Virus record (IMG/VR): IMGVR_UViG_2931768940_000002
From: an uncultured virus (IMG/VR IMGVR_UViG_2931768940_000002)
Lineage: Duplodnaviria > Heunggongvirae > Uroviricota > Caudoviricetes
Length of the DNA: 64,000 nt
Strand: one strand, 5' to 3'
The notes beneath the pieces are model-generated. The model worked only from the letters and a program-made list of their open reading frames with translations, was not told where the DNA came from and did no database searches. Each line of letters opens with the position of its first letter. Position 1 is the stretch's first letter. This document shows, piece after piece, positions 1 through 8,424 of this stretch. The translations under genes and the position numbers were made by a program.

Positions 1-438
1 TCAGGCGGCGTGGCGCAGCGGCGGGAGCCCATGCTCCGCGAGCACCTGGTCGAGAGCCTCCCCTACGGAACCGGCATCGAAGCCGAGCCGGGCCAGGCGC
101 ACCGAGTCGGCCGCATCCCGCTCGGCCGAGTTCAGTCGGGCGTCGCGGCGAAGCGCGCGCCAAAGGTAAAAAGCCTGCTCATACTCCCCCGCTGTCGGGT
201 AAGCAAAGCGGTGAGGTCCCGCTTCCCGGACGGCCAGCTCGTCCACGCTGTACGGGCGCGGGCTGTCGGTGTGAGCGGCGTCGTAGCCCCACGGGATCCG
301 GCAGGCCGCTCCGTGAAGACGACACCCGGCAACGAACACGGCTTCCTCCTCGGTGTGCCCCCGTCGACGGGGGAGGCGACGGGGGCACTGCCAGTGTGGC
401 AGGGCAGGCGCGGGCAGGGTGGGCGATACGCTGACACG

Positions 439-475
439 GCGACGCCCCGGCCACTTGTCCTGGCCGGGGCGTCGC
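439..475. terminator. GC-rich hairpin, probable intrinsic terminator
   Basis: Perfect 15-bp inverted repeat GCGACGCCCCGGCCA/TGGCCGGGGCGTCGC with a 7-nt loop, just downstream of the 487..1287 ORF. Confidence 0.6.
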
Positions 476-486
476 GCTGTGCCAGG

Positions 487-1287
487 TCAGGCCGCTGCGG
501 CAGCCAAGCACCAGCAGCCCTGCCCCGACCTGAGCTGCGGATGGTGACGAACCCAATTGGGATGTTGGACCAGATTCTCTTCGCGCCCATCGGCCACACA
601 GGCAGGGCTGGAGCATTCTCTGCTGCCGTCGTTGTGCTCCGTCAGAGTGTGAGGACAGTAGAGGAGACGTTCCCGGCCTGGCTCGGCCGCCGCCCAACGC
701 TTGTCGTAGGAGTCGAGGGAGCCGTAGCAGCCCCGGCGGGTGTGGAAGATTGCCGAACCGTCGCCCAGGTCGGGGCGGATCAGGTTGGCGCCCGGGAACG
801 TGAACGACTTCTGCCGATTACTGATGGGCTCCCGGCAGCCGTGACAGGTGCCGGGCAGGATCGCCATCTCCTTCTCCATGCGCTCCGAAGCGCGGTCCAT
901 GATGGCTTCGTTATGGACGTGCCTGCATGGAGGAACCTCCTGGCAGCGGCGGCACACCCAGTAGTGCTCCGGCAGGACATGCCAGTACGTGCTGTCCGGG
1001 CACTGGAGATGCAGCGGCTTGGCCTGGGGCTGGTCATCGTGGCGGACAACCACTACGCGGGGCCTGTAGTCCCAGGTGGCCGGGTCCGGCATGCCGTGCT
1101 TGACCCAGGCGTCCCGGTAGTCCTGGGGCCAGTCGGCCTGGTCACGTTCACGGACTTCGATGACGCGATAGGGCTGGCGATCCCAGACGACGATGCTGTC
1201 GGGTTCGAGGCGGCCCGTGGTGGCACGCGAGTAGGCTCCCCTGCCCTGGGCGGGGCGCCACTCGTCGGGATCGAAGCGGAAGTACAT
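487..1287 (-). CDS. Hypothetical Cys/His-rich (Zn-binding) protein
   Basis: 266-aa ORF with CxxC motifs (CRRC, CHGC); TGATG overlap with the upstream ORF. Confidence 0.65.
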   Translation of the reverse strand: MYFRFDPDEWRPAQGRGAYSRATTGRLEPDSIVVWDRQPYRVIEVRERDQADWPQDYRDAWVKHGMPDPATWDYRPRVVVVRHDDQPQAKPLHLQCPDSTYWHVLPEHYWVCRRCQEVPPCRHVHNEAIMDRASERMEKEMAILPGTCHGCREPISNRQKSFTFPGANLIRPDLGDGSAIFHTRRGCYGSLDSYDKRWAAAEPGRERLLYCPHTLTEHNDGSRECSSPACVADGREENLVQHPNWVRHHPQLRSGQGCWCLAAAAA

Positions 1288-1604
1288 CAGCGCTCCCTGT
1301 CCTTGTGGTGTCGGTTGACGTGGTTGGCGATGCTGGCGGGGGCCCCGGCGTAGCCGCAGCCCCGCGGACAGAGCTGCCAGCCGCCACGGTCGAGTGCGGC
1401 CTGGCGGACCGTGCCCTTGTCGCCGCCGGGTGCGTAGCCCTTGTCGTGCAGCAGATGGGCAACGGACCCGTCGTGATGGGCGGCCATGTAGGCGGCCTCA
1501 GCAGTCTTGTCGTGGCCGGGGGCGAACCGGCGTCCGTAGCCCGGGATCTCCGGGCAACCGCACCAGCAGGTGCCGTTGGGTTCGGGCAGGGACTTGGTGC
1601 TCAT
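1287..1604 (-). CDS. Small Zn-finger protein (CWCGC...FAPGHD; C2H2-like C-terminus)
   Basis: ATG after GAGGAG; motifs CWCGC, FAPGHD and CPRGC...H...H. Confidence 0.65.
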   Translation of the reverse strand: MSTKSLPEPNGTCWCGCPEIPGYGRRFAPGHDKTAEAAYMAAHHDGSVAHLLHDKGYAPGGDKGTVRQAALDRGGWQLCPRGCGYAGAPASIANHVNRHHKDRER

Positions 1605-1725
1605 GATGCTCCTCATCGCGCGGTGTGCTCCCACCGTAGCCACTCACAGAACCCTAGACAAGACTTGATAACTCAAGACTTTCCTTGAGTCGACCACTGC
1701 AGCACGGGCGGGAACACCATGGGCT

Positions 1726-1746
1726 TAGACTCGAACACGTGAACGA
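1726..1746 (+). promoter_or_regulatory. -10 box (TAGACT) of a leaderless gene overlapped by a LexA/SOS-box-like site
   Basis: TAGACT 1726-1731 lies 7 nt before GTG 1739; TCGAAC-ACGT-GAACGA 1731-1746 fits the actinobacterial TCGAAC-N4-GNNCGA pattern. Confidence 0.55.
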
Positions 1747-2071
1747 TTTGCCGCCGGACCTGCCACGCCTCCGCACCCTGGAGACCTGGCTCACCATGAC
1801 CCTCGAGCGAGTCCGCCAGCAGATCGCGGCGGCCAAGCAGCAGGAAGCCGAGCGGCAGCAAGGCGCGGAGCGGCGGCCACCCCCGCCCGGCTGGGTCCTC
1901 GAGCTCGGTATTGGTGTCGGCGCACCACCCGCCGAGGTCCATGCCGGGGACTGCTACGCCATCGGCCGGCGGCGGCGCCCCATCACCCGCGAGCAGGCGC
2001 TCGAAGCGCTTAGTGAAGGCGTCCGTGCCTGCACCCACTGCCGGCCAGACACCGAGCTCGGCGTGCTGTGA
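1739..2071 (+). CDS. DUF6233-like protein
   Basis: NDLPPDLPRLRTLE N-terminus and VHAGDC...ACTHCRPDTELG C-terminus, as recalled for this Streptomyces family. Confidence 0.7.
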   Translation: MNDLPPDLPRLRTLETWLTMTLERVRQQIAAAKQQEAERQQGAERRPPPPGWVLELGIGVGAPPAEVHAGDCYAIGRRRRPITREQALEALSEGVRACTHCRPDTELGVL

Positions 2072-2097
2072 CCACCACCCCGGCGCACGCTGGAACC

Positions 2098-2307
2098 ATG
2101 AGCGCGCCGATAGTCATCCACCGCCCCTCCCCCACCGGCGGCCGGCGAGTCACCATCCGCGGGCAGATTGCCGGACTCGCGACGGGCGACAGCGACGTCG
2201 TCGAGTTCCTGCGGCGGGCCGGGCTCCCGGATGCCGAGCAGCTGCTCGACCAGCCGGAGTGGGTGGAGTGGCGGGACGGGCGGGCGCACCGGTATGAGGC
2301 GGCGTGA
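2098..2307 (+). CDS. Small hypothetical protein
   Basis: PIVIHRPSPTGGRRVTIRGQIAGLA...DVVEFLRRAGL...VEWR, a pattern common in Streptomyces mobile elements. Confidence 0.6.
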   Translation: MSAPIVIHRPSPTGGRRVTIRGQIAGLATGDSDVVEFLRRAGLPDAEQLLDQPEWVEWRDGRAHRYEAA

Positions 2308-2356
2308 CCTGCAGAAACAGGGACCAGGGGCAACAATCGGCGAAACCCATGCCACT

Positions 2357-2572
2357 GTGAAGTCATGGACAAGCCGAAGCAGCGATATCCAGTCCGAGGC
2401 CAACCGATTGCGCGCCCAACCGTGCCCCGACTGCGGGCGGAAGAGTTTCCCAGACGTCCGCAAGGATGAGGGGGCCCAGACGAACCCACTCGATCCCGAG
2501 GTCAACGTCACCTGGTACTGCCCCAGCACCATCTGCGACCAGAACGACGGCTTCTGGATCGAGTCGCGATAG
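2357..2572 (+). CDS. Small zinc-ribbon hypothetical protein
   Basis: CPDC...CPSTIC motifs; start codon uncertain. Confidence 0.35.
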   Translation: MKSWTSRSSDIQSEANRLRAQPCPDCGRKSFPDVRKDEGAQTNPLDPEVNVTWYCPSTICDQNDGFWIESR

Positions 2573-2750
2573 GCGGGCCCGGGCAGCCGGCTAGCCTCCC
2601 GTGGGGAGCCGGGAGGTGCGGCAGGCCCCGCCCGCAACGGGGGCAGCAGGCAGGGCCTGAACGGGGGAACCGCCTGGTGGGCAAGCTCCGGCCGCGTGAT
2701 CAACGATGCACCCGAACCAGCCACATGGCTAGATGCGTGACGCTGGGGAC

Positions 2751-3077
2751 TTACCCTGCCGCGCGCCGTCGACGGTCTTGATCCTCGCCTGCGGTGATCA
2801 GGTGCTTGCACTCCCAGAGCTTCTTCCGCTCCTCGCGGGTCAGGTCGTCGGCCAGTCGACCGACCTCATCCCACGCCGCTGAGCGCGCAGCCCTCGCGGC
2901 TCGCCAGTCCCGCTTCTTCAATGCGGCTTCCAGCTCCCGCATCAGCTTGAGGACGGGCTTCCGAGCCTCCTTCTGCCGCTTCGTGAACTTGGCCTGCTGC
3001 GGCAGCTTGACCTTCCTCTGCTCCCAGGCCGGGCCGCCGGTCAGAAGGTGCACTCGCGGGCGTCCTCTGTGCGTCAC
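2751..3077 (-). CDS. Basic hypothetical protein coupled to the resolvase
   Basis: GTGA overlap with the resolvase stop; 108 aa, Lys/Arg-rich. Confidence 0.55.
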   Translation of the reverse strand: MTHRGRPRVHLLTGGPAWEQRKVKLPQQAKFTKRQKEARKPVLKLMRELEAALKKRDWRAARAARSAAWDEVGRLADDLTREERKKLWECKHLITAGEDQDRRRRAAG

Positions 3078-3688
3078 GTGGAGACCACCTCGGGCTGGAC
3101 GGCATCGTGCGCCCGCAGCGCTTGGGAGATGGCGCCGACGCTGGGGTTCTTCCCCTTACTCGCGCCGTCGGCAATGCGCAGGTGCGGCTGGATCTGCCGG
3201 ATCGTGAAGCCCTTGTCGCGCAGGGCAGCAGCCTGGATGGTGAGCGCCTCAGTCATGACGGGCTTGCGGCCACCGACCCGGCCGCGCTTCCGGGCAGCCT
3301 CGAGGCCGTCCTTCGTCTTCCGCACGATGTCCCGGCGACGATCCTCGGCAAGGGCCAGGGCGAGGTCGAGGATGAGCGAGCGCTCCCGGTGCTCGCCGGC
3401 GCCGATGCCCTCCAGCACCTTGACGGCGATGCCACGTTCGAAGAGGTCGTTGAGAACGATCAGCCCCTCGAGGAGGTTGCGGCCGAGGCGGTCTACCTCC
3501 TGCACGCAGAGCATGTCCCCTTCGCGCACGTACTCGACGGCGGCCATGAGAGCGGGGCGGTCTTCGGCGAGGAGCTTGCCGGAGACCTTCTCCTCGAAGA
3601 CCTTGAGGCAGATCGGTTCGAGGGCGTCCCGCTGCCGTTGGGTGTTCTGCTTGTCGGTGCTTACCCGGACGAGGCCGACTAGGGCCAT
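3074..3688 (-). CDS. Small serine recombinase (resolvase/invertase family)
   Basis: RVSTDKQ catalytic motif, EEKVSG, DRLGRN, GRVGGRKP and a C-terminal HTH; 204 aa. Confidence 0.92.
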   Translation of the reverse strand: MALVGLVRVSTDKQNTQRQRDALEPICLKVFEEKVSGKLLAEDRPALMAAVEYVREGDMLCVQEVDRLGRNLLEGLIVLNDLFERGIAVKVLEGIGAGEHRERSLILDLALALAEDRRRDIVRKTKDGLEAARKRGRVGGRKPVMTEALTIQAAALRDKGFTIRQIQPHLRIADGASKGKNPSVGAISQALRAHDAVQPEVVST

Positions 3689-3701
3689 GCGTCCCCCCTT
3701 C

Positions 3702-3832
3702 GTTCATCAAACGTGTCGCTGACTATCTGAACGCTAGCAGATAGGTGAACGAGTTGATGAACAAATGGCGCTGCATGGATGCGAGTTCGGCGGTGATCGC
3801 GTTCAGGTTCACGTTCCGACCGATTGATGAAC
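3702..3832. promoter_or_regulatory. res-like site upstream of the resolvase
   Basis: GTTCATCAA (3702) and its inverse TTGATGAAC (3754, 3824), plus several TGAAC/GTTCA half-sites in an AT-rich intergenic gap. Confidence 0.55.
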
Positions 3833-3881
3833 GACCTCAAACCACGGGCCCCCGTGTCGGCCGGCACATAGCCTGTCGCCC

Positions 3882-4253
3882 ATGACATCCGAACGGCGCC
3901 CCATAACCCGCGACGACTACGAGCGCGTCTACGCACTACTGCAGGCGTACCGCGTGCGGGACCTGGATAACAGCGAGTTGACATGGGAGATCCTGCACCG
4001 CATCCACGAGGACGACCTTGGCGGCAGAGTCCTTGCTCCGGAAGAGGTAGCCGGCGACGAGGGTCTGGCTCGCGAGTCCCACCATGCCGCCGTTGTGCTG
4101 GAGGCCCTACTGCACGGAAAGGCCACCATTCCTGCCGTGACCCGCCCACCGCTGGGAGTCTGCAGCACGCCTGGGTGCCCAGGTCTCACGCACGGTGCGC
4201 TGTGCCCCTCGTGCGAACTCAAGGCCGGCGACTCGCCATCAGGCGACGCATAG
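3882..4253 (+). CDS. Hypothetical protein with a C-terminal Cys cluster
   Basis: 123-aa ORF divergent from the resolvase; CSTPGC...CPSC. Confidence 0.5.
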   Translation: MTSERRPITRDDYERVYALLQAYRVRDLDNSELTWEILHRIHEDDLGGRVLAPEEVAGDEGLARESHHAAVVLEALLHGKATIPAVTRPPLGVCSTPGCPGLTHGALCPSCELKAGDSPSGDA

Positions 4254-4400
4254 GGCAACGTTATGCGCTAGCACCCGCGACGAAGCGCCCCGCCCTCGGA
4301 TGAGAGCAGGGCGCGGTCGTGTCACGACCTGGTGACAGTGCGAAACCGGGCGTCGACCATGGGTCTACCGTGTCGGGCACGTTCAACCTTGGGGGCATTC

Positions 4401-5030
4401 ATGCGCGTTCGCACCACTGCGGTCACAGCCGCAATTCTCCTCGCCACCCTCACAGCCTGCGGAGGCGGAGACGACGCCGGGGCTAAGCCGGCAGAGGCGA
4501 AGCCCTCATCCGCGGCGAAGGGCTCCCCGGACACCGAGCCGCCAGCTGGGACGGTCGAGCAGGGCATGGTGCTCGGTGAGCCCGCGCAGACCATCGGTGA
4601 CGGTGGCACGGGCGCACTGGAGATCACCCCGGACACCATCGTCTTCACGAAGGAAGGCTCGGGTGAGACCGCGGCGAACGGGGTCTTCGCCGTCGTCACT
4701 ATGAAGGACAAGGCGACCACCGCAGTCGCAGCTGACGAGCCGGCCCCGATCAGCGGCGGGGGCTGGAAGTGGATGGCCGCAGACGGCGAGATGATCGACA
4801 CCCAGGTCGGGAACGCGTTCAACGTCGTCATGGACAAGTACAACAACGCCGACCCCGTACAGCCCGGCGGGTTCCAGTGGCGAGCCCAGGTCTTCGATCT
4901 GACGGCGGCGCAGGCGAAGAGCGGCACGCTCATCTACATCGACGGCGAGGAGAAAGCGCACCGCTGGCAGATGCCGTCGACGGACAGCGGTCCGGCCGTG
5001 GCCGAGGTGAAGAAGCAGCTCGAGTTCTGA
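4401..5030 (+). CDS. Lipoprotein (Ig-like/DUF4352-like), antisense to the phage late genes
   Basis: Signal peptide ending in lipobox LTAC; GGGGG ribosome-binding site. Confidence 0.75.
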   Translation: MRVRTTAVTAAILLATLTACGGGDDAGAKPAEAKPSSAAKGSPDTEPPAGTVEQGMVLGEPAQTIGDGGTGALEITPDTIVFTKEGSGETAANGVFAVVTMKDKATTAVAADEPAPISGGGWKWMAADGEMIDTQVGNAFNVVMDKYNNADPVQPGGFQWRAQVFDLTAAQAKSGTLIYIDGEEKAHRWQMPSTDSGPAVAEVKKQLEF

Positions 5031-5037
5031 CAGCAGA

Positions 5038-5079
5038 GCGCCCCTGCAATCCCTGCTGTAGCAGGGGGTGCAGGGGCAC
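5038..5079. terminator. Bidirectional terminator hairpin
   Basis: Long inverted repeat GCCCCTGCA..CCCTGCT/AGCAGGG..TGCAGGGGC between the convergent lipoprotein and TROVE genes. Confidence 0.7.
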
Positions 5080-5088
5080 CGCCGGCGG

Positions 5089-6708
5089 TCAGGCGGGCTG
5101 GATCTCCCAAGGCCAGGCTGCGTCACGACCGACTTCGAGGAGCGGCACCATCCGGAACGCCTGGTCGGTGAGCCCTCCGAACGTGTGTCGCTGGCAGCTA
5201 CCGGACGGGGCGTGCCCGGCCTGGTAGCCGGCGAGGTTCCAGGTGTACATCGGAGTCGTCGCCGGGATGGCCTCGGTCACCTCGCGACCGTCGTGGCCGG
5301 CCTGCTCATCGGTGATGATGACGACCCTGTCGTGGCCCTTGAACTCCTGGCGCAGTGCCGCAGCGGTGTCGGTGCCGCCGCCGAGGAACCAGCCGCCGTC
5401 CTTCCACTTCCGCACGTCCCCGAGGAGCGATCCGCCGCAGGTGAGGGGGAACGCCTTCGTCTTCGCGCCGGGCCGGTCGGACATGTAGTAGCGGGCGGAG
5501 GAGAACGACACCACGTTGGCCTGCGCGCACCGGGTGCCGAGCGCGATCCCGAAGAGGGCTGCGGCGTCCCAGCGCATGAGGGAGCCGTCTCGGGAGAACG
5601 AGGCGTCCATGGAGCTGGACGTGTCGACAAGGATGAGCGTGCGCCCGTCGAGTCGAGGGATGTTCGCGAGGGAGGCGGTGAGCGCCTTGTCGAGTGCGTG
5701 GCCCCATCGGAGGGACGGGGCGGCGTTGAACGCGGAGTAGAACCGCATCGGCAGCTGCCGGGACCTGGCGACCTGCTCGGGGTCAGCGAGCCTCCGGGCA
5801 ACCGTCTCGGCGACGTCGTCGGACACCCCGGCCTCGTCGAAGTTCCGCAGGTTCCGCAGCAGCGCCATATAGCCCATCGACGGGATGACGGCCTCCCATG
5901 CTGCGGCGTCCATGGGGCCCTGGAGCCAGCCAGCCAGTGCTTCCCACGTCATGCCAGCCCGCTGGAGGAGGTCGCCGTGGTTGGCGAGTACGTCCCGGCG
6001 CTGGTCGACTGGTGTACTGGTGAGCTGTTCGCGCGCGAGTAGCATCGCCAGCTTGGCGGGGATCTCCTCGTCGCGCTTCTTCCGCCGGTCGAGGGCGTGC
6101 TTGAACAGGTCGCCCTGCCACGCCTTGTCGTCGGCCGGCGAGGGGTGGACGAGGTTGAGGACGTCGCCGAAGCGGTAGCCCTTGGAGTCGGTGTCGTACT
6201 TGAGGAGCGACCGCTCGTTGTACAGGCGCTGCACAGCGTCCGCGAGTCCGCGCTTCACCGGCTTGGGGAGCTTCCGCCCGTACTTGCTGGTCCAGTAGCC
6301 GAGGAACTCCCCTGGCTCGTCCGCCCGCTGGAGCACCGTGTCGATGACCTGGCGCGAGTGGCCGACCACGCCCGCTTCGAGGCGGGCCTTCGTGAACTCA
6401 GCTGCACCGACGAGGGACGCGGTGCGCATGTTGGCGTCCGAGCGGAGCCAGCGGAGGAAGCCGGTGCACCAGTCGGGGTCGATCAGGGCGATCTGGCGGA
6501 TCAGCTGGGTGTAGCGGTCGTCTCGCTGTCCGCCGGTCTCGTAGAAGGTGTCGGTGCCGACGAAGTTGCTGACCGCCAGCAAGAAGAGGGCGGACTTAGT
6601 GTCGCGCAGGTAGCCGGTGCCGCCCTCATGGGTGGTGGTGCGCTCCCCGGTCGTCGTCACAGGCGAGCTGACAGCGGGCCTGGCGCCGCGCTGGTTGAAA
6701 CGGGACAT
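5089..6708 (-). CDS. rsr: Ro60/Rsr TROVE-domain RNA-binding protein with C-terminal vWA domain
   Basis: QRADEPGE, KPVKRG, LLKYD, MALLRNLRN and vWA MIDAS motif DTSSSM...TDEQ; Y RNAs directly upstream. Confidence 0.93.
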   Translation of the reverse strand: MSRFNQRGARPAVSSPVTTTGERTTTHEGGTGYLRDTKSALFLLAVSNFVGTDTFYETGGQRDDRYTQLIRQIALIDPDWCTGFLRWLRSDANMRTASLVGAAEFTKARLEAGVVGHSRQVIDTVLQRADEPGEFLGYWTSKYGRKLPKPVKRGLADAVQRLYNERSLLKYDTDSKGYRFGDVLNLVHPSPADDKAWQGDLFKHALDRRKKRDEEIPAKLAMLLAREQLTSTPVDQRRDVLANHGDLLQRAGMTWEALAGWLQGPMDAAAWEAVIPSMGYMALLRNLRNFDEAGVSDDVAETVARRLADPEQVARSRQLPMRFYSAFNAAPSLRWGHALDKALTASLANIPRLDGRTLILVDTSSSMDASFSRDGSLMRWDAAALFGIALGTRCAQANVVSFSSARYYMSDRPGAKTKAFPLTCGGSLLGDVRKWKDGGWFLGGGTDTAAALRQEFKGHDRVVIITDEQAGHDGREVTEAIPATTPMYTWNLAGYQAGHAPSGSCQRHTFGGLTDQAFRMVPLLEVGRDAAWPWEIQPA

Positions 6709-6732
6709 AAAGAAACCCCTCACATGGAGGGG
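6709..6732 (-). terminator. Hairpin plus U-tract overlapping the rsr ribosome-binding site
   Basis: Minus strand CCCCTC-CATGT-GAGGGG-TTTCTTT-ATG. Confidence 0.45.
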
Positions 6733-6744
6733 AGGACCAGCAGT

Positions 6745-6887
6745 GGGGTGCCCGAGATCAAAGTCGGAGACGGGAACGTAGGCGCTCTACCAACTGAGCT
6801 ACCGACGCCGAAGCGCCGACCGGGACTCGAACCCGGGACCACCCCATTAGCAGTGGAAGTAACCGTCTCCTGCGCACCGGGCACCCC
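6745..6887 (-). ncRNA. yrlA: YrlA-like Y RNA (circularly permuted tRNA mimic)
   Basis: Terminal stem GGGGUGCCCG/CGGGCACCCC; Ro-binding-like GGUGCGCA/UUGAUCUC; T-arm CCGGG-UUCGAGU-CCCGG; acceptor stem closed by UUCG; D-arm GCUC-AGUUGGUA-GAGC. Confidence 0.88.
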
Positions 6888-6894
6888 CGATGCT

Positions 6895-6970
6895 GTGCCT
6901 CCCGAGATCAAGGACGGGGCCGCCAGTCTTTTCCAAAGAAGTAGGCGGACCCTGCGCACCGGGAGGTGCA
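6895..6970 (-). ncRNA. Second, short Y RNA (Ro-binding stem without the tRNA domain)
   Basis: Shares CCCGGUGCGCAGG, UACUUC and UUGAUCUCGGG with the YrlA copy; ends pair CCUCCCG/CGGGAGG. Confidence 0.75.
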
Positions 6971-6985
6971 TGAAGTTGTGCTGCC

Positions 6986-6991
6986 ACTGTA
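6986..6991 (-). promoter_or_regulatory. Putative -10 box (TACAGT) for the Y RNA-rsr operon
   Basis: TACAGT about 15 nt upstream of the short Y RNA and downstream of the late-operon terminator. Confidence 0.45.
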
Positions 6992-7047
6992 GCCGTCAAC
7001 GCCTGGTCCGTCGTTTCGATTTGGCGACACGCGGGGCCAACAGGAAG

Positions 7048-7075
7048 AACACCCCCTCCCGAAGGAGGGGGCGTT
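7048..7075 (-). terminator. Intrinsic terminator ending the late/lysis operon
   Basis: AACGCCCCCTCC-TTCG-GGAGGGGGTGTT hairpin followed by CTTCC. Confidence 0.75.
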
Positions 7076-7076
7076 G

Positions 7077-7244
7077 TCACGCGGGATCGTCGGCGGGCGG
7101 CATGTTCGGCTCCAGGAACAGGCCGGCGTACTGCGGTACCGGCTGCTCGTCGACGAGGCCCAACGCCTCGAGTGTCTCCATGTCGGCAGCACTGTCGTCG
7201 ACGCGGCGCTGCACGGGGCGGGGCGGGGTGTCGGGCACAGTCAC
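7077..7244 (-). CDS. 55-aa acidic hypothetical protein (not in the ORF track)
   Basis: GTGA overlap with the upstream stop; reads MTVPDTPPRPVQRRVDDSAADMETLEALGLVDEQ...; stop sits just before the terminator. Confidence 0.6.
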   Translation of the reverse strand: MTVPDTPPRPVQRRVDDSAADMETLEALGLVDEQPVPQYAGLFLEPNMPPADDPA

Positions 7245-7591
7245 ACTCCAGTTCGGTCGTACTCGGTCAGGCGATCCGGAGGTGCGGGTGGCTCGATACC
7301 GTGACCGCGCATCTGCGTTGTCAGATCGGTGACATAGCCGGCGAAGGACCGGACGAGAGACCGAAGGGACCGGAGTTCCGTCTTGGTCTCGTCGAGCTCG
7401 TCCTGCATGTCGTCCCGGATCGCCTGGAACGACGCAAGGTCCGCAGCCCGCTGATTCGGTTCGGCCTGCGCGACGGCCGCGGCTCGCGTGGCGTCAGCTG
7501 TGGCCTTGGACGCTGCCCGTGTAGCCCTAGCCGCGAAGGCACCTGCCAAGACCGTCCCCACCATCCCCAGCAGGGTTACCCAGTTGTTCAC
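7241..7591 (-). CDS. Lysis-cassette membrane protein (TM plus coiled coil)
   Basis: N-terminal TM helix and coiled coil; coupled to the preceding genes. Confidence 0.7.
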   Translation of the reverse strand: MNNWVTLLGMVGTVLAGAFAARATRAASKATADATRAAAVAQAEPNQRAADLASFQAIRDDMQDELDETKTELRSLRSLVRSFAGYVTDLTTQMRGHGIEPPAPPDRLTEYDRTGV

Positions 7592-8034
7592 GACGGCGCC
7601 TTACCTTTCCTGGCGCGCCGCGGAGCTGGGGGGACCGAATGTTCGGGCACCGTGGCCGCCCACAAGATGACCCCGACGTGCGAGGTGCAGTACCAGATTG
7701 CGACGAAGCCGCCGCGGGAGTACTCGCCGCTCAGGGCGGCTGAGGTGTAGGCGGTGGCCCACACTGCGGGGGGAATGAGCGCGGCTATGAAGCCGTACCG
7801 GTCGCGGCCGATGCGGAGCAGGGCGGATCCGAACGTGATGAGGCCGCAGGCGATCCAGAGCCAGGCCCAATGGCGCAGCGAGCACCACTGGGTGAGGAGC
7901 TGGAGGCCGGCGGTGCTGGGTGGGTCGACGAGGAAGCTGACGCCCCAGCACGTTTTGCCGATGCCGATGATGAGGAGGAACTCGCCGCGGCGGCCCAGCG
8001 TGCGATGCAGCCACCGGGCGGCACGGCACGGCAT
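7588..8034 (-). CDS. Multi-TM membrane protein of the lysis cassette
   Basis: About 4 hydrophobic segments; directly after the holin. Confidence 0.7.
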   Translation of the reverse strand: MPCRAARWLHRTLGRRGEFLLIIGIGKTCWGVSFLVDPPSTAGLQLLTQWCSLRHWAWLWIACGLITFGSALLRIGRDRYGFIAALIPPAVWATAYTSAALSGEYSRGGFVAIWYCTSHVGVILWAATVPEHSVPPAPRRARKGKAPS

Positions 8035-8391
8035 CTATACCACCGTGGGCTTGGTCGGAGCCGACGGGCTCGACGGGGTTACCTGTGCGCGGGTCAGGAG
8101 GGTCAGGCCGGTGAGGACGACGGTGTTGATGGCGCCGATGGTCTCCTGGGAGACCTCGTATCCGAACGTTCCGATCAGGACGGCGCCTGCGGCGACTACG
8201 GCGGTGAATGCCTGGGGTGCGATCGGGCGGGTCATGGCTGCCGCGACGGCGCCGAGGACTGCGGTGGCGACCGCGACGATGGCGCCCGCGGTCTCTGCGC
8301 TGAGGCTGGTCACGCCGAGGGACACGATGAGGCCCAGGACTGCGGCCAGGCTGTTCAGTACGACGACGGGTTCTCTGCCGAAGATCTTCAT
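8035..8391 (-). CDS. Holin
   Basis: MKIFGREP start, about 4 TM helices, ends RAQVTP; immediately after the endolysin. Confidence 0.75.
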   Translation of the reverse strand: MKIFGREPVVVLNSLAAVLGLIVSLGVTSLSAETAGAIVAVATAVLGAVAAAMTRPIAPQAFTAVVAAGAVLIGTFGYEVSQETIGAINTVVLTGLTLLTRAQVTPSSPSAPTKPTVV

Positions 8392-8424
8392 GATGGTCCG
8401 TTCTGACGGATGGATAGGGGCGGA

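Noticed and set aside
1..339. Functional assignment for the leftmost ORF
   Set aside because: Start is uncertain and no motif was recognised
3074..3688. Phage integrase or tail-fibre invertase
   Set aside because: Too short for a large serine integrase; no invertible tail cassette or flanking inverted repeats recognised
6780..6840. Canonical tRNA gene
   Set aside because: The T-arm precedes the D-arm, the acceptor stem is closed by UUCG and there is no CCA end; this fits YrlA
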